Shown here: positions 16,880-25,464 of the stretch, piece by piece
Layout: each line of letters begins with the position of its first letter
How positions within the stretch are numbered: position 1 is the first letter of the stretch
DNA from: a virus
Lineage: Duplodnaviria > Caudoviricetes
Length of the DNA: 34,653 nt
IMG/VR virus record: IMGVR_UViG_3300020045_004995
Coordinates: 1 to 34,653 of that record
Direction: 5' to 3' (one strand)
The notes under the pieces: model-generated
Seen by the model: only the letters and a program-made list of their open reading frames with translations
What the model was told of the DNA's origin: nothing
Databases searched by the model: none
Made by a program: the position numbers and the translations under genes

Positions 16880-17926
16880 ATGAGACGAAAGAAAACTACA
16901 CAAGAAAACATATTGGAAGTAGAAACAAAGTTCGATGCTAACATCACATTACTTGATAATGGTAATGGCCCAGATATGATAGGATCAACATGTGATAAAC
17001 ATGGTGTTTTTACGTCATTACTGTTTGGACTGAAACACAAGAGATATCTATGCCCATCATGTGGAATTGACGCAAGAAACGCATCAAATATTAAGCAGGC
17101 AAAATTAGTAAAAATTCCGTTTTCCCAGCGCATTAACGAATATAGAAGTATTCATGGTGATAGATATGAATATACGGAATCAAATATAAGTAGAAAGGTA
17201 AATGTTCATTGCACAATACATGGTATATTCACTATTTTTATGCATTCCCATATGAAAGGGGTTGGGTGTCAATTATGTGAAAAAGAAGTCAGATTGACAG
17301 AAAAGATTGAACGTGATGAAATCATTAACAAGAAAAGGAATGATGGCATAAATCGTAGAGCATTAGCTAATATTAAGCGTGCGATGTCAATATCAGACAT
17401 TCAAACTTTATTTGATAATAAACATGGTGCAAAATATACATATGAATGGGATGACTTTACTGGCAAAAAGGGCAAGGTAACTGTAATATGTCCTTTACAT
17501 GGAAAAAGCAGACAAATTATATATGAACATACCAAGGCTAAACATGGGTGTCCAGCTTGTGCAAATACAAACAAATCGAAAAAAGAAACTGAATGGATCG
17601 AATCTTTAGGTATATTAGATACTCAAAAAATAATTTATCATGAACTTGGAAAATATAAAGTTGATGGGTATAATAAAAATACTAACACAATTTATGAATA
17701 TTTTGGTGATTATTGGCATGGGCATCCAAGATTATGGGTTAATAATGTGACTAAATGTAATGGGAGAAGCAAAAAATTATTCAGTGTTTTGTTTGATGAA
17801 ACAAATCTACGATTGGCAACATTATATAAAATGGGATATACAATAAAATACATATGGGAAAGCGAACTTCATATTCTCACATATACAGGAATACTTGAAT
17901 ATTCATTACCATCAAAACTTCAGTGA
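16880..17926 (+). CDS. Putative homing endonuclease: CxxHG zinc repeats (DUF723-like) plus Vsr/PD-(D/E)XK-like nuclease
   Basis: Three CxxHG...CxxC repeats and C-terminal YKVDGY...IYEYFGDYWHG...GY.IKYIWESE. Preceded by TAAATA (16865) and an AGGAG SD. Confidence 0.78.
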   Translation: MRRKKTTQENILEVETKFDANITLLDNGNGPDMIGSTCDKHGVFTSLLFGLKHKRYLCPSCGIDARNASNIKQAKLVKIPFSQRINEYRSIHGDRYEYTESNISRKVNVHCTIHGIFTIFMHSHMKGVGCQLCEKEVRLTEKIERDEIINKKRNDGINRRALANIKRAMSISDIQTLFDNKHGAKYTYEWDDFTGKKGKVTVICPLHGKSRQIIYEHTKAKHGCPACANTNKSKKETEWIESLGILDTQKIIYHELGKYKVDGYNKNTNTIYEYFGDYWHGHPRLWVNNVTKCNGRSKKLFSVLFDETNLRLATLYKMGYTIKYIWESELHILTYTGILEYSLPSKLQ

Positions 17927-18150
17927 AGCCAAGCAAGTATTATACTTATATCAGGTATGATGAATACTTGTTTGAAGATGAAGTCTTTATGACCATAAAA
18001 TACAAAGGAAATTATCTCTGGATTCCTTTGAAGATCATCAGAGAACATGACAAGGTACATCAGACGATTTATGTTCATGAAAATATATTTCATTCAATTT
18101 TAGGAAAAGCAACTGAATCTTGGAATAATCTTTGTGAAATCTATTTTTGA
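17923..18150 (+). CDS. Hypothetical protein
   Basis: GTG start overlapping the preceding stop. Confidence 0.55.
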   Translation: MKPSKYYTYIRYDEYLFEDEVFMTIKYKGNYLWIPLKIIREHDKVHQTIYVHENIFHSILGKATESWNNLCEIYF

Positions 18151-18188
18151 TGTTATAATTTAGACTTCCAAATCACAAAGGATATCAA

Positions 18189-18485
18189 ATGAACACCATC
18201 ACTGCTACCATCTTCGAACAACTTGGGTCTAACAAATTTGTTGCAATGACGGGCGCTAAGAATTTCTGTTCTGGCTCTAATATGCTTCAGTTTGACATTC
18301 CAAGAGGTGCAAAGAACAAAGCAAACAAGATTCAGATCACATTGATGACTTCTGATACATATATGATTCAGTTTTACAACTATAGGAATCTTTCTTGTAA
18401 ACTTGTTGGACAATCCGACAATGTTTATTTCGATCAACTTCAATCCGTATTCACTGAACAAACTGGTTTGGATACACATCTGTAA
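18189..18485 (+). CDS. Conserved hypothetical early phage protein
   Basis: TIFEQLG..KF.AMTGAKNF pattern. Promoter TGTTATAAT (18151-18159) and an SD. Confidence 0.75.
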   Translation: MNTITATIFEQLGSNKFVAMTGAKNFCSGSNMLQFDIPRGAKNKANKIQITLMTSDTYMIQFYNYRNLSCKLVGQSDNVYFDQLQSVFTEQTGLDTHL

Positions 18486-18487
18486 TC

Positions 18488-18862
18488 ATGGACATCACCA
18501 AAACTATCCCTTATCGGGTTCGGGTGTCAAAAATCCGAAATGAATTTTCCAAACTGAAGCAATCCAGACTTGATCGGGATGATGCTTATATTACTGATCA
18601 TGCAATTCAAAGAATGGCTGAACGTGATCTTCATAAAGATGTTCCTTTTGTGTTCTGCGCATACAAATATTTTGTTACTGAAGTTTTTGATAAGATTACT
18701 TATACAAGCAGAAACTACAGAATTAACTTTCGGGGATTGGTTATCTGTTGTTCTATTGAGTCAAGATACTTTTACGGTAAAACGAATCGGGTAGCAGTTC
18801 TGAAGACTGTATTTGATCATGATGTGAATTATGATGTTGATGAAGTGATCACGTTAAAATGA
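18488..18862 (+). CDS. Hypothetical protein (ITDHAIQRMAER motif)
   Basis: The TxHAxxRxxER motif plus C-terminal LKTV recalls RelE/BECR-like small nucleases; this is weak. Confidence 0.6.
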   Translation: MDITKTIPYRVRVSKIRNEFSKLKQSRLDRDDAYITDHAIQRMAERDLHKDVPFVFCAYKYFVTEVFDKITYTSRNYRINFRGLVICCSIESRYFYGKTNRVAVLKTVFDHDVNYDVDEVITLK

Positions 18863-19041
18863 AACGATATCCTTTATACCCATGTGTTGATGAAGCCCTA
18901 ATTATTACTAATGCATTATTTGGGGTTGACATCACAGTTAAAAAATTCCCAACTGATGAAGATCGGGAAATTGCCGAAAATTTTGATGTCGAAAAAGAAT
19001 TGAAGAAAGCCTTGGAACAAAGAAAATCCATGTTAGAATAG
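18859..19041 (+). CDS. Hypothetical protein
   Basis: ATGA overlap with the upstream gene. Confidence 0.55.
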   Translation: MKRYPLYPCVDEALIITNALFGVDITVKKFPTDEDREIAENFDVEKELKKALEQRKSMLE

Positions 19042-19067
19042 AAGCTTCTAAGCACAAAGGAAGCAAA

Positions 19068-19304
19068 ATGGAATCTACTGGTAAAGCTACATCACGGTCT
19101 GAAGTCTATTCATTCTTGAAACTGGCTAACAATGGTTATACATTCAAATCTTGTGTTCCTGCGAATTATCTTCGTCATGTTGACAAACTGGTTGAACTTG
19201 GTCTGGTCAAACAAGCTAAGTTTCTTAGTAGCCCTGATATGGGAACAGTTTTCTTCATGAAAGAACATTTTCATCTTTATGAAAACGCGATTTCTGCTGT
19301 ATAA
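19068..19304 (+). CDS. Hypothetical early protein
   Basis: Promoter TGTTAGAAT (19031-19039) and an AAAGGAAG SD. Confidence 0.7.
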   Translation: MESTGKATSRSEVYSFLKLANNGYTFKSCVPANYLRHVDKLVELGLVKQAKFLSSPDMGTVFFMKEHFHLYENAISAV

Positions 19305-19335
19305 TTCAGTCTTCTTAAACACAAAGGAAATCAAA

Positions 19336-19554
19336 ATGACAAAACTACACAATCAACACGTAGTTGCATTCAAAAATGAAGTTAAAACTATGTGGTATGC
19401 TTCGGTATATGCGTTTCGTGATCCTCATGGAAATATCGCATCCCCAACAAGGGCAATGTACAAATTTGCATGTGATGAACTGACGTATGAAATCGTTCGG
19501 AGTGTTTCGGGGGAAGCATTCTTGAAATTGCCGTTGCTGGTTAAGCCAGTTTGA
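19336..19554 (+). CDS. Hypothetical early protein
   Basis: TATAAT at 19300-19305 and an AAAGGAAA SD before ATG 19336. Confidence 0.7.
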   Translation: MTKLHNQHVVAFKNEVKTMWYASVYAFRDPHGNIASPTRAMYKFACDELTYEIVRSVSGEAFLKLPLLVKPV

Positions 19555-19560
19555 AAGAAT

Positions 19561-20580
19561 TCAAGGTAGTGGATTCGATTGAGTAAGCAGTAATTTGCGC
19601 CTATTGCGATTTCTCAGTTTAGCCGCACATGAATGCGAACATGTTAACGATCTGATGTTTTTATGCGTATTATCGATAATATTTTGACATATTGGACATA
19701 CATCAAGAATAGGTTCTTTGTTTGGTTTATCCTTTTTTATTTTAGATAAATGATTTTTGATACTCAAATTCCCTCGTTTCCAACCATCAGGAATAACGTC
19801 ATCCTTATTCAATCGTTTTGTAGTGATTCCATCATTGACGTAAAAACACCCTATCGTTTTTTCATTTGCTAATCTTTGGGTATCTTTTGTTTCAATTGAT
19901 TGTGTCATTCCATTTTCCCATCCAACAGGGATTGATTCAGTCTTTAATATTTGTTTTGAATCTATACCATTAGTAATCCATATCCGCTTACCAAATTGAT
20001 TTTTTGGTGCATGTGCTTTTGGTCTACCCCAAATCCAATCAGCAGGGGGTAGAACGATAGATGGTAGCATAGTTGATTCTAACGTGATAGGATTGTGCCA
20101 CCACAAAAACCATTTGGGTGATCTATTTGGTTTATTGATATTTCCTTCATACCATCCATCAGGAACAGGCATATCAAACTTTACTACAATACATTTCTTA
20201 GTTTCCAAATTGGATATTCGTTTTGTCTTGAAGTTGCACTGAATAGTTTTATTGGCTTGCTGATTATTGTCAAGATTAGCCGACATAGGATTAGATACCG
20301 ATTTAGTCTTTACTAATAATCGCTGTTCATATAATACAGTATCTTCTATACTATCAAATGTTTTTAGAATTCTGTATTCTACATCGCACATTTCTGAATC
20401 CGATAGCAACGATTGAATCAGCTTAGAACTGGTGAAGTAAGTTTTTAGGAATGTTGAAGGGTGCGCTGACTTAGCGTATTTTGATCCGATGTACCAAATT
20501 CCGGTTGGAAGATGTTTGATGTAGTAGACATATGGGACAAAGGGAAGATTTGATTGCTTGTATGAATTTTTAACTTTCAT
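19561..20580 (-). CDS. GIY-YIG-like (Seg-type) free-standing homing endonuclease with tandem DNA-binding repeats
   Basis: PYVYYIKHLPTGIWYIGSKY...YFTSS...E..LL...N, four repeats such as WITNG...IPVGWENG, and C-terminal CPIC...TCSHSC. Confidence 0.78.
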   Translation of the reverse strand: MKVKNSYKQSNLPFVPYVYYIKHLPTGIWYIGSKYAKSAHPSTFLKTYFTSSKLIQSLLSDSEMCDVEYRILKTFDSIEDTVLYEQRLLVKTKSVSNPMSANLDNNQQANKTIQCNFKTKRISNLETKKCIVVKFDMPVPDGWYEGNINKPNRSPKWFLWWHNPITLESTMLPSIVLPPADWIWGRPKAHAPKNQFGKRIWITNGIDSKQILKTESIPVGWENGMTQSIETKDTQRLANEKTIGCFYVNDGITTKRLNKDDVIPDGWKRGNLSIKNHLSKIKKDKPNKEPILDVCPICQNIIDNTHKNIRSLTCSHSCAAKLRNRNRRKLLLTQSNPLP

Positions 20581-20783
20581 GAGGTTCTCGCGTTAAATAG
20601 TTTGGGACAGCACGGTTCTCCGTTACTGTGTTGATTGAAATGGGAAATTTCAATCTAACCATCTATTTACGCAAACTTCGTTCTTTCCTCAAAAAATTTC
20701 CAAAAGTTCTAAAAGTTGTGATACAATTCATTCACTGAACGAAATTCAGTGTTTTAAAATCTTAACTTCAAAGGAAATTTATC

Positions 20784-21758
20784 ATGAGTCATGAACTTAC
20801 AATCCGCGAATCGGGTAAGGTAGAATTTGCATACACTGGGGATTCTAAAAAAATTTGGCACCGCCTCGGGAGCCAACTTGAAGAAGGCGCATCAATCGAA
20901 ACTTGGGTTCGTGAATCTGGCCTTGACTGGTGTATTCTTGAGTCTATGCTTACATATCAATCCATGAATGGCGAACACACATTCCCAGACAAGAAAGCTT
21001 TGTTCCGTTCTGATACAAAAGCTGCTTTGTCGATTGTTGGTTCTGACTATCATGTCGTTCAACCCGGTGAAGTTTTGGAATTCTTTCGTGATTTGACTGA
21101 ACTTCATGGGTTCAAATTATCAGCAGCAGGGTCAATTTTTAATGGTCGCCGCTTTTGGGCAACTGCTGAAGTTGGCAAGACATTTGAAGCAACTAAGGGT
21201 GATACCATTAACGGACAACTTTTGTTGGTTACATCCTGTGATTCATCATCAGCGACCGTTGGAAAGCTCGTTTCTCAAAGGTCGATATGTCAGAATACTT
21301 TGTCAGTAGCCCTTGCAGAAAAGAACAAACCTACTGTTCGTAAAACCCACGCTTCCCCCTTCGATCCACGGTCTTTCAAATTGGATTTGGGTTTAATTGA
21401 TCAGAGTTGGGAAAATTTCTCAAACAACATCAAGAAAATGGCTGAAGTTGAAGTTACTACGGATTTCGCCAAGAAATATTTTGAAACTAAGATTTTCAAT
21501 CCTGATCTTTCTGCTACTGATCAATCAACACAAGCGTACAATAGGGTAGAAAAATTAATGCAGCTTCTTCGGAATGGAGATGGGGCTGATATGGCAGGAA
21601 ACACTGCTTGGGGTGTTTTGAATTCGGTTACTTCCATGTTCACCCATGGTCCCCGTGCAAAACAAGACCCTTCCAAAAAATTCTGGGATTCCAATTTCGG
21701 AAATTGGGACAAACTGAAAAACGAAGCATATTCTGATATGCTTGCTTTGACCGCTTAA
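20784..21758 (+). CDS. DUF932 / phage-plasmid TIGR03299-like protein
   Basis: WHRLG, GLDW, FRSDT, VGSDYHVVQP, ICQNTL and TAWGVLNSVT. Promoter TGATACAAT (20719-20727). Confidence 0.85.
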   Translation: MSHELTIRESGKVEFAYTGDSKKIWHRLGSQLEEGASIETWVRESGLDWCILESMLTYQSMNGEHTFPDKKALFRSDTKAALSIVGSDYHVVQPGEVLEFFRDLTELHGFKLSAAGSIFNGRRFWATAEVGKTFEATKGDTINGQLLLVTSCDSSSATVGKLVSQRSICQNTLSVALAEKNKPTVRKTHASPFDPRSFKLDLGLIDQSWENFSNNIKKMAEVEVTTDFAKKYFETKIFNPDLSATDQSTQAYNRVEKLMQLLRNGDGADMAGNTAWGVLNSVTSMFTHGPRAKQDPSKKFWDSNFGNWDKLKNEAYSDMLALTA

Positions 21759-21806
21759 AAGGTATCCAGAATGCATCAGAATCGTCTTGGTTGACTTCTG
21801 ATGCAT
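21756..21806. other. Intergenic hairpin related to the 5093-5190 element
   Basis: Perfect 11-bp inverted repeat ATGCATCAGAA(21771)/TTCTGATGCAT(21796). AGAATGCATCAGAATC resembles AGAACGCATCAGAACC at 5105. Confidence 0.5.
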
Positions 21807-21861
21807 CTATCCTTACCAAGCCCTTATAAACTAAACTAATGAAGCGTAGGCTATTTAAATC

Positions 21862-22278
21862 ATGAACCTAATCTCTAAAATCAAAGAACAACAACTTGCT
21901 GCTAGAAAAACACATGCTTCTGTTGTAACTGCATTGCTTACAACCCTTATTGGGGAATCAGAAATGGTCGGTAAGAATGCTAATCGAACTGTTACTGATG
22001 ATGAAGTCATTGCTATGATCAAAAAGTTCATCAAGAACATTGATATGACTTTATCAGTTGTAAAAGAACCAACTGATAAAGCTAAATGTACTATCGAAAA
22101 ACAAATTCTCGAATCATATCTTCCTAAACAACTTTCTGAAGCTGATCTTCGTGTTATAATCACCAAACTTAAAGAAGTTCATTCAGGAAATGTTGGGTTG
22201 ATCATGAAGGAACTAAAAACTTCATATGCTGGTCTTTATGATGGTAAACTTGCATCTGAAATTTGTAAAGGAAACTAA
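21862..22278 (+). CDS. GatB/YqeY domain protein
   Basis: A.RK...LLTTLIGE, TDDEVIAMIKK, E..ILESYLPKQLSE and YAGLYDGK. Confidence 0.85.
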   Translation: MNLISKIKEQQLAARKTHASVVTALLTTLIGESEMVGKNANRTVTDDEVIAMIKKFIKNIDMTLSVVKEPTDKAKCTIEKQILESYLPKQLSEADLRVIITKLKEVHSGNVGLIMKELKTSYAGLYDGKLASEICKGN

Positions 22279-22491
22279 ATGTCAAAAATGAATACAATCT
22301 GGAAAGTTTCAGAAGATAGGGATTTGCTTTTTGTTGGTTCAGGAAAAGATTACTGGACTAATGTTTATGTGAGTGAACGACAGTTTCCAATGGAGGCAGG
22401 GGAAGTGGCATATCTTCTGAACAAAGCATTCAAACTTGGGGCAGAAGCAAAACAATCAGAAATTCAAGCTGTATTAGGGATCAAATCATGA
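22279..22491 (+). CDS. Hypothetical protein
   Basis: SD and operon packing. Confidence 0.6.
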   Translation: MSKMNTIWKVSEDRDLLFVGSGKDYWTNVYVSERQFPMEAGEVAYLLNKAFKLGAEAKQSEIQAVLGIKS

Positions 22492-22682
22492 CCAAGAAAG
22501 AACTAATTTCTAATCTTCAGAATGCCATCTGGAAACTTGATGCAGCCAAAGAACTGCTTGAAGATACATTCCCATCCAAGACTGAAGAAGAAATTTCCGA
22601 AATGTTTTCTGGTACAATTGATGGAATCACTGCCAAGATTGAAATTGCCATGAATGCAGTATATGAAAGTAAATCATGTTAA
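22488..22682 (+). CDS. Hypothetical helical protein
   Basis: ATGA overlap with the upstream gene. Confidence 0.55.
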   Translation: MTKKELISNLQNAIWKLDAAKELLEDTFPSKTEEEISEMFSGTIDGITAKIEIAMNAVYESKSC

Positions 22683-23110
22683 AAGTTGAACGTCGAGGAT
22701 TTCTTAAAGTCCTTTCTGCTATTCTAGGAACTGCTGCTATTGCAACTTATGTGGAACCTATCTTTACGTTTCAAGAATCATATTCTGATTGGATTGAAGA
22801 TAAAGGGGATTTCTTCATTGTTAGAGTTCCTGATTTTAAGAAATTTTCAGGGGAAACATTAGACAACCCAACAATCTTTATTCTTGGTCAAAAATCTACT
22901 GTTTCTGATGTTGTAGTAAACGGATATGCCAATATTTCTGCCCAATATGGAGGGCGTGTTCTAGATTCACGATTTGATGCATCAAAAATGACAACACAAA
23001 ATCCAAGGGAAGTCGTGAAAATTTCAGGAACAAGTTTTGTGCTTGATGGATGTGGGATGTATGGAAATAGGAATACCGCTGGAATTGGAATTGAAAGTTT
23101 AACATCATGA
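22676..23110 (+). CDS. Protein with twin-arginine-like N-terminus
   Basis: ERRGFLK followed by a hydrophobic stretch. Confidence 0.6.
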   Translation: MLKVERRGFLKVLSAILGTAAIATYVEPIFTFQESYSDWIEDKGDFFIVRVPDFKKFSGETLDNPTIFILGQKSTVSDVVVNGYANISAQYGGRVLDSRFDASKMTTQNPREVVKISGTSFVLDGCGMYGNRNTAGIGIESLTS

Positions 23111-23361
23111 AATCATTTGCACCTTTACTTGCCTACAAATGGACTTCTTCATCTATTAATACAGCTACCATTCATGGTAAGTATGCTGAAGATGGGTCTG
23201 AATATTATTTTAAAGTTCCTCCTCAACTTGTTAATTCTATTGTTTCTATGCAGAACTATGTTTTTGATCTTTACAAGGAAATTTCTGATCGGGAATCTTG
23301 TATTGAACGACTTCAAAAAGAACTGGATGAATACAAGAAAGCACGGGGATATAATGAATGA
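23107..23361 (+). CDS. Hypothetical protein
   Basis: ATGA overlap with the upstream gene. Confidence 0.55.
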   Translation: MKSFAPLLAYKWTSSSINTATIHGKYAEDGSEYYFKVPPQLVNSIVSMQNYVFDLYKEISDRESCIERLQKELDEYKKARGYNE

Positions 23362-23546
23362 ATCTAATCGAAATCGAATCAAAGATCAATCCTGCTACAT
23401 ATGAACCAATCTATACAGTAACATTTGAACTTACTGCTACAATGATTGACGACTTGAAACTTATTAAGTATACCGTTGGCGAATCTGATGCTGCAGAAAT
23501 GATTGGTATGGCATTTATTGAACAAACTAATCTTTTTACATTATGA
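23358..23546 (+). CDS. Hypothetical protein
   Basis: ATGA overlap with the upstream gene. Confidence 0.55.
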   Translation: MNLIEIESKINPATYEPIYTVTFELTATMIDDLKLIKYTVGESDAAEMIGMAFIEQTNLFTL

Positions 23547-23776
23547 GCATGCATAAAATTCCCCTGAGTGATCTTGAACGGATGGGTTTAGAAAAACATC
23601 ATCTTCCTATTGGTCATCCAAGTCAATTATCTGATTGCTTTAGGCTTGGAGTGAAATGGGCAATTGATCACCATGAAGACATTGGCGTACATGCTGCACA
23701 TTGCTTTCAAGATGAATATGAAGATTCTTGCAAATATGGCGATTCTGATTGTCCCATGCAAAAATCCGTGTTATAA
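23543..23776 (+). CDS. Hypothetical Cys/His-containing protein
   Basis: C-terminus HAAHC...CKYGDSDCP. Confidence 0.55.
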   Translation: MSMHKIPLSDLERMGLEKHHLPIGHPSQLSDCFRLGVKWAIDHHEDIGVHAAHCFQDEYEDSCKYGDSDCPMQKSVL

Positions 23777-23828
23777 TTACTTATCTTAACAAGACTTGAA
23801 CCTCAAGTCATCAACAAAGGAATTCAAA

Positions 23829-24161
23829 ATGACTAAATTTAAAATCGCCTTCCCAAAAGAATATGAAAATTATTCCAAAGTTCCAACCATCAAGGCAATT
23901 CGCATCTTGACTGGTCTTGGCTTGAAAGAAGCAAAGGATATGTCTGAATCAGAATCTACTATTATTTCTGTTGATATGGATTCTTGGGAAGTTAAGGATC
24001 ATATGTACACATTGACCGAATGTGGTTGCAAGGTTGACGAAATTGTTCCTGAATCTGATTACGCTGATGATCTTCGGAATGTTGCATTGAAAGCTCTGAA
24101 GAATAAAGATGATGCAATTGCTATGGAAATTCTTCAGTTTATGTTTACCCTTGGAAAATAA
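23829..24161 (+). CDS. Ribosomal protein L7/L12 C-terminal-domain-containing protein
   Basis: KVPTIKAIRILTGLGLKEAKDMSE matches the bL12 CTD motif. It has its own promoter (TGTTATAAT 23769-23777) and SD. Confidence 0.8.
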   Translation: MTKFKIAFPKEYENYSKVPTIKAIRILTGLGLKEAKDMSESESTIISVDMDSWEVKDHMYTLTECGCKVDEIVPESDYADDLRNVALKALKNKDDAIAMEILQFMFTLGK

Positions 24162-24162
24162 A

Positions 24163-24747
24163 ATGTCTAAATTCAAAATTGGAGATAAAGTTAAAATATC
24201 TGATGTAGCATCCTGTTTCTATGGTATAGACGGGATTCTTGTACAAGAATCTATGCAACCCAATAATTACAAGATGAAATCTAATGACGGGGGAATCTTT
24301 ATGGTTAACTCATGTAACATCGAACATATTAATGATACTGATGCTAAAATCAAGAGACTTAAAGACGACCTTGATGCTTGGGCTGATTGTTGGTTGGATA
24401 CACGAAAGAAAGAAGAACTTCTCAAGGAAGAAGTAAAAACTTTGAAAGAAGAACTTGCTTCTGAAAAATTTCGTCATGATCAGATGGTAAAATATAATGA
24501 ACAACTACAACAAGAATTAAATGCTTTATCTGAACGCTATGATCATATCTTAAACGCTTATGATAAAGAATCAAAGTCTTCTATTGCTTGGGCTGATCGA
24601 TGGTTACAGACAAAGAAGCAATTGGAACAAGAAAAAGAAATTGTTGGTTATGTTAATGGTGATGAACTTGATAACATGCTAAATGATCGTTGTGCTACAA
24701 TTAGTCCAGTTAGAAATACTTGGTACAAAACCCCTATTTATCGTTAA
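24163..24747 (+). CDS. KOW-like N-terminus plus coiled-coil protein with internal duplication
   Basis: KFKIGDKVKI, and the repeats AWADCWLDTRKK / AWADRWLQTKKQ. Confidence 0.65.
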   Translation: MSKFKIGDKVKISDVASCFYGIDGILVQESMQPNNYKMKSNDGGIFMVNSCNIEHINDTDAKIKRLKDDLDAWADCWLDTRKKEELLKEEVKTLKEELASEKFRHDQMVKYNEQLQQELNALSERYDHILNAYDKESKSSIAWADRWLQTKKQLEQEKEIVGYVNGDELDNMLNDRCATISPVRNTWYKTPIYR

Positions 24748-24765
24748 TTTTTAAAGGAAACTAAA

Positions 24766-25242
24766 ATGGAATTTCTATCTGGTATTTTTGTTGGTTACTT
24801 ACTGAACTGGTATGCTTTGGGTATCTTGATTTTTCTTGGTATCATGCTTGAACATAATGAATGGCATACATTATCAATCTTTATTGGTCTTGGATCAGCA
24901 TTCATTGCTTATTCTATGTTCAATCTTTCCCCTCTAGCAATTTTGTTCTGGTCAGTTGGTTATTTTGTTGTTGGTTTACTTTGGTCATTTTGGCGATACA
25001 AACGTTGGGTTCAGAAATGTATTAAAAGTCGTTCATTATCAACTGGATTATGCAATACGAAAGATTTGTTACCATCAAAGAATACAGATAAACTTGTTAC
25101 GTGGATTCTTATTTGGCCGTTTTCGATGATTGAAAATGTAACAGGGGATATTATTAACTTGATCACGTTGACTGTAACTACTGTATTCAAATCGACTTAT
25201 CAACGAATCTATGATTCAGCTATGAAGGATGTACAATCATGA
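24766..25242 (+). CDS. Multi-pass membrane protein
   Basis: Three or four hydrophobic segments and an SD. Confidence 0.75.
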   Translation: MEFLSGIFVGYLLNWYALGILIFLGIMLEHNEWHTLSIFIGLGSAFIAYSMFNLSPLAILFWSVGYFVVGLLWSFWRYKRWVQKCIKSRSLSTGLCNTKDLLPSKNTDKLVTWILIWPFSMIENVTGDIINLITLTVTTVFKSTYQRIYDSAMKDVQS

Positions 25243-25454
25243 GTTCAGTTATTCATGTTATCAACAAAATTAACACAACAGAATTAACAATATATGAAAC
25301 TGAATGTGGGGATGTAATATTTTCTGGCAAAATAGAAACTATTACCCCGTTCTATTTGTTTGATCTAATTTCTTCATTGATTGGAGTATATGATCATGCC
25401 GAATACCATGAACTAACATCAGATCAATATGACAATTGGCAAGACAACATTTAA
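25239..25454 (+). CDS. Hypothetical protein
   Basis: ATGA overlap and an SD. Confidence 0.55.
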   Translation: MSSVIHVINKINTTELTIYETECGDVIFSGKIETITPFYLFDLISSLIGVYDHAEYHELTSDQYDNWQDNI

Positions 25455-25464
25455 GGAAATAAAC

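Noticed and set aside
19561-19590. TCGAATCC on the - strand as a tRNA T-loop
   Set aside because: There is no GTTC context or cloverleaf, and it lies in the last codons of the endonuclease. I recognised no tRNA in the window.
23829-24161. Host rplL or bacterial contamination
   Set aside because: Only the C-terminal domain is present, it has a phage-type promoter and leader, and there are no rplJ/rpoB neighbours.
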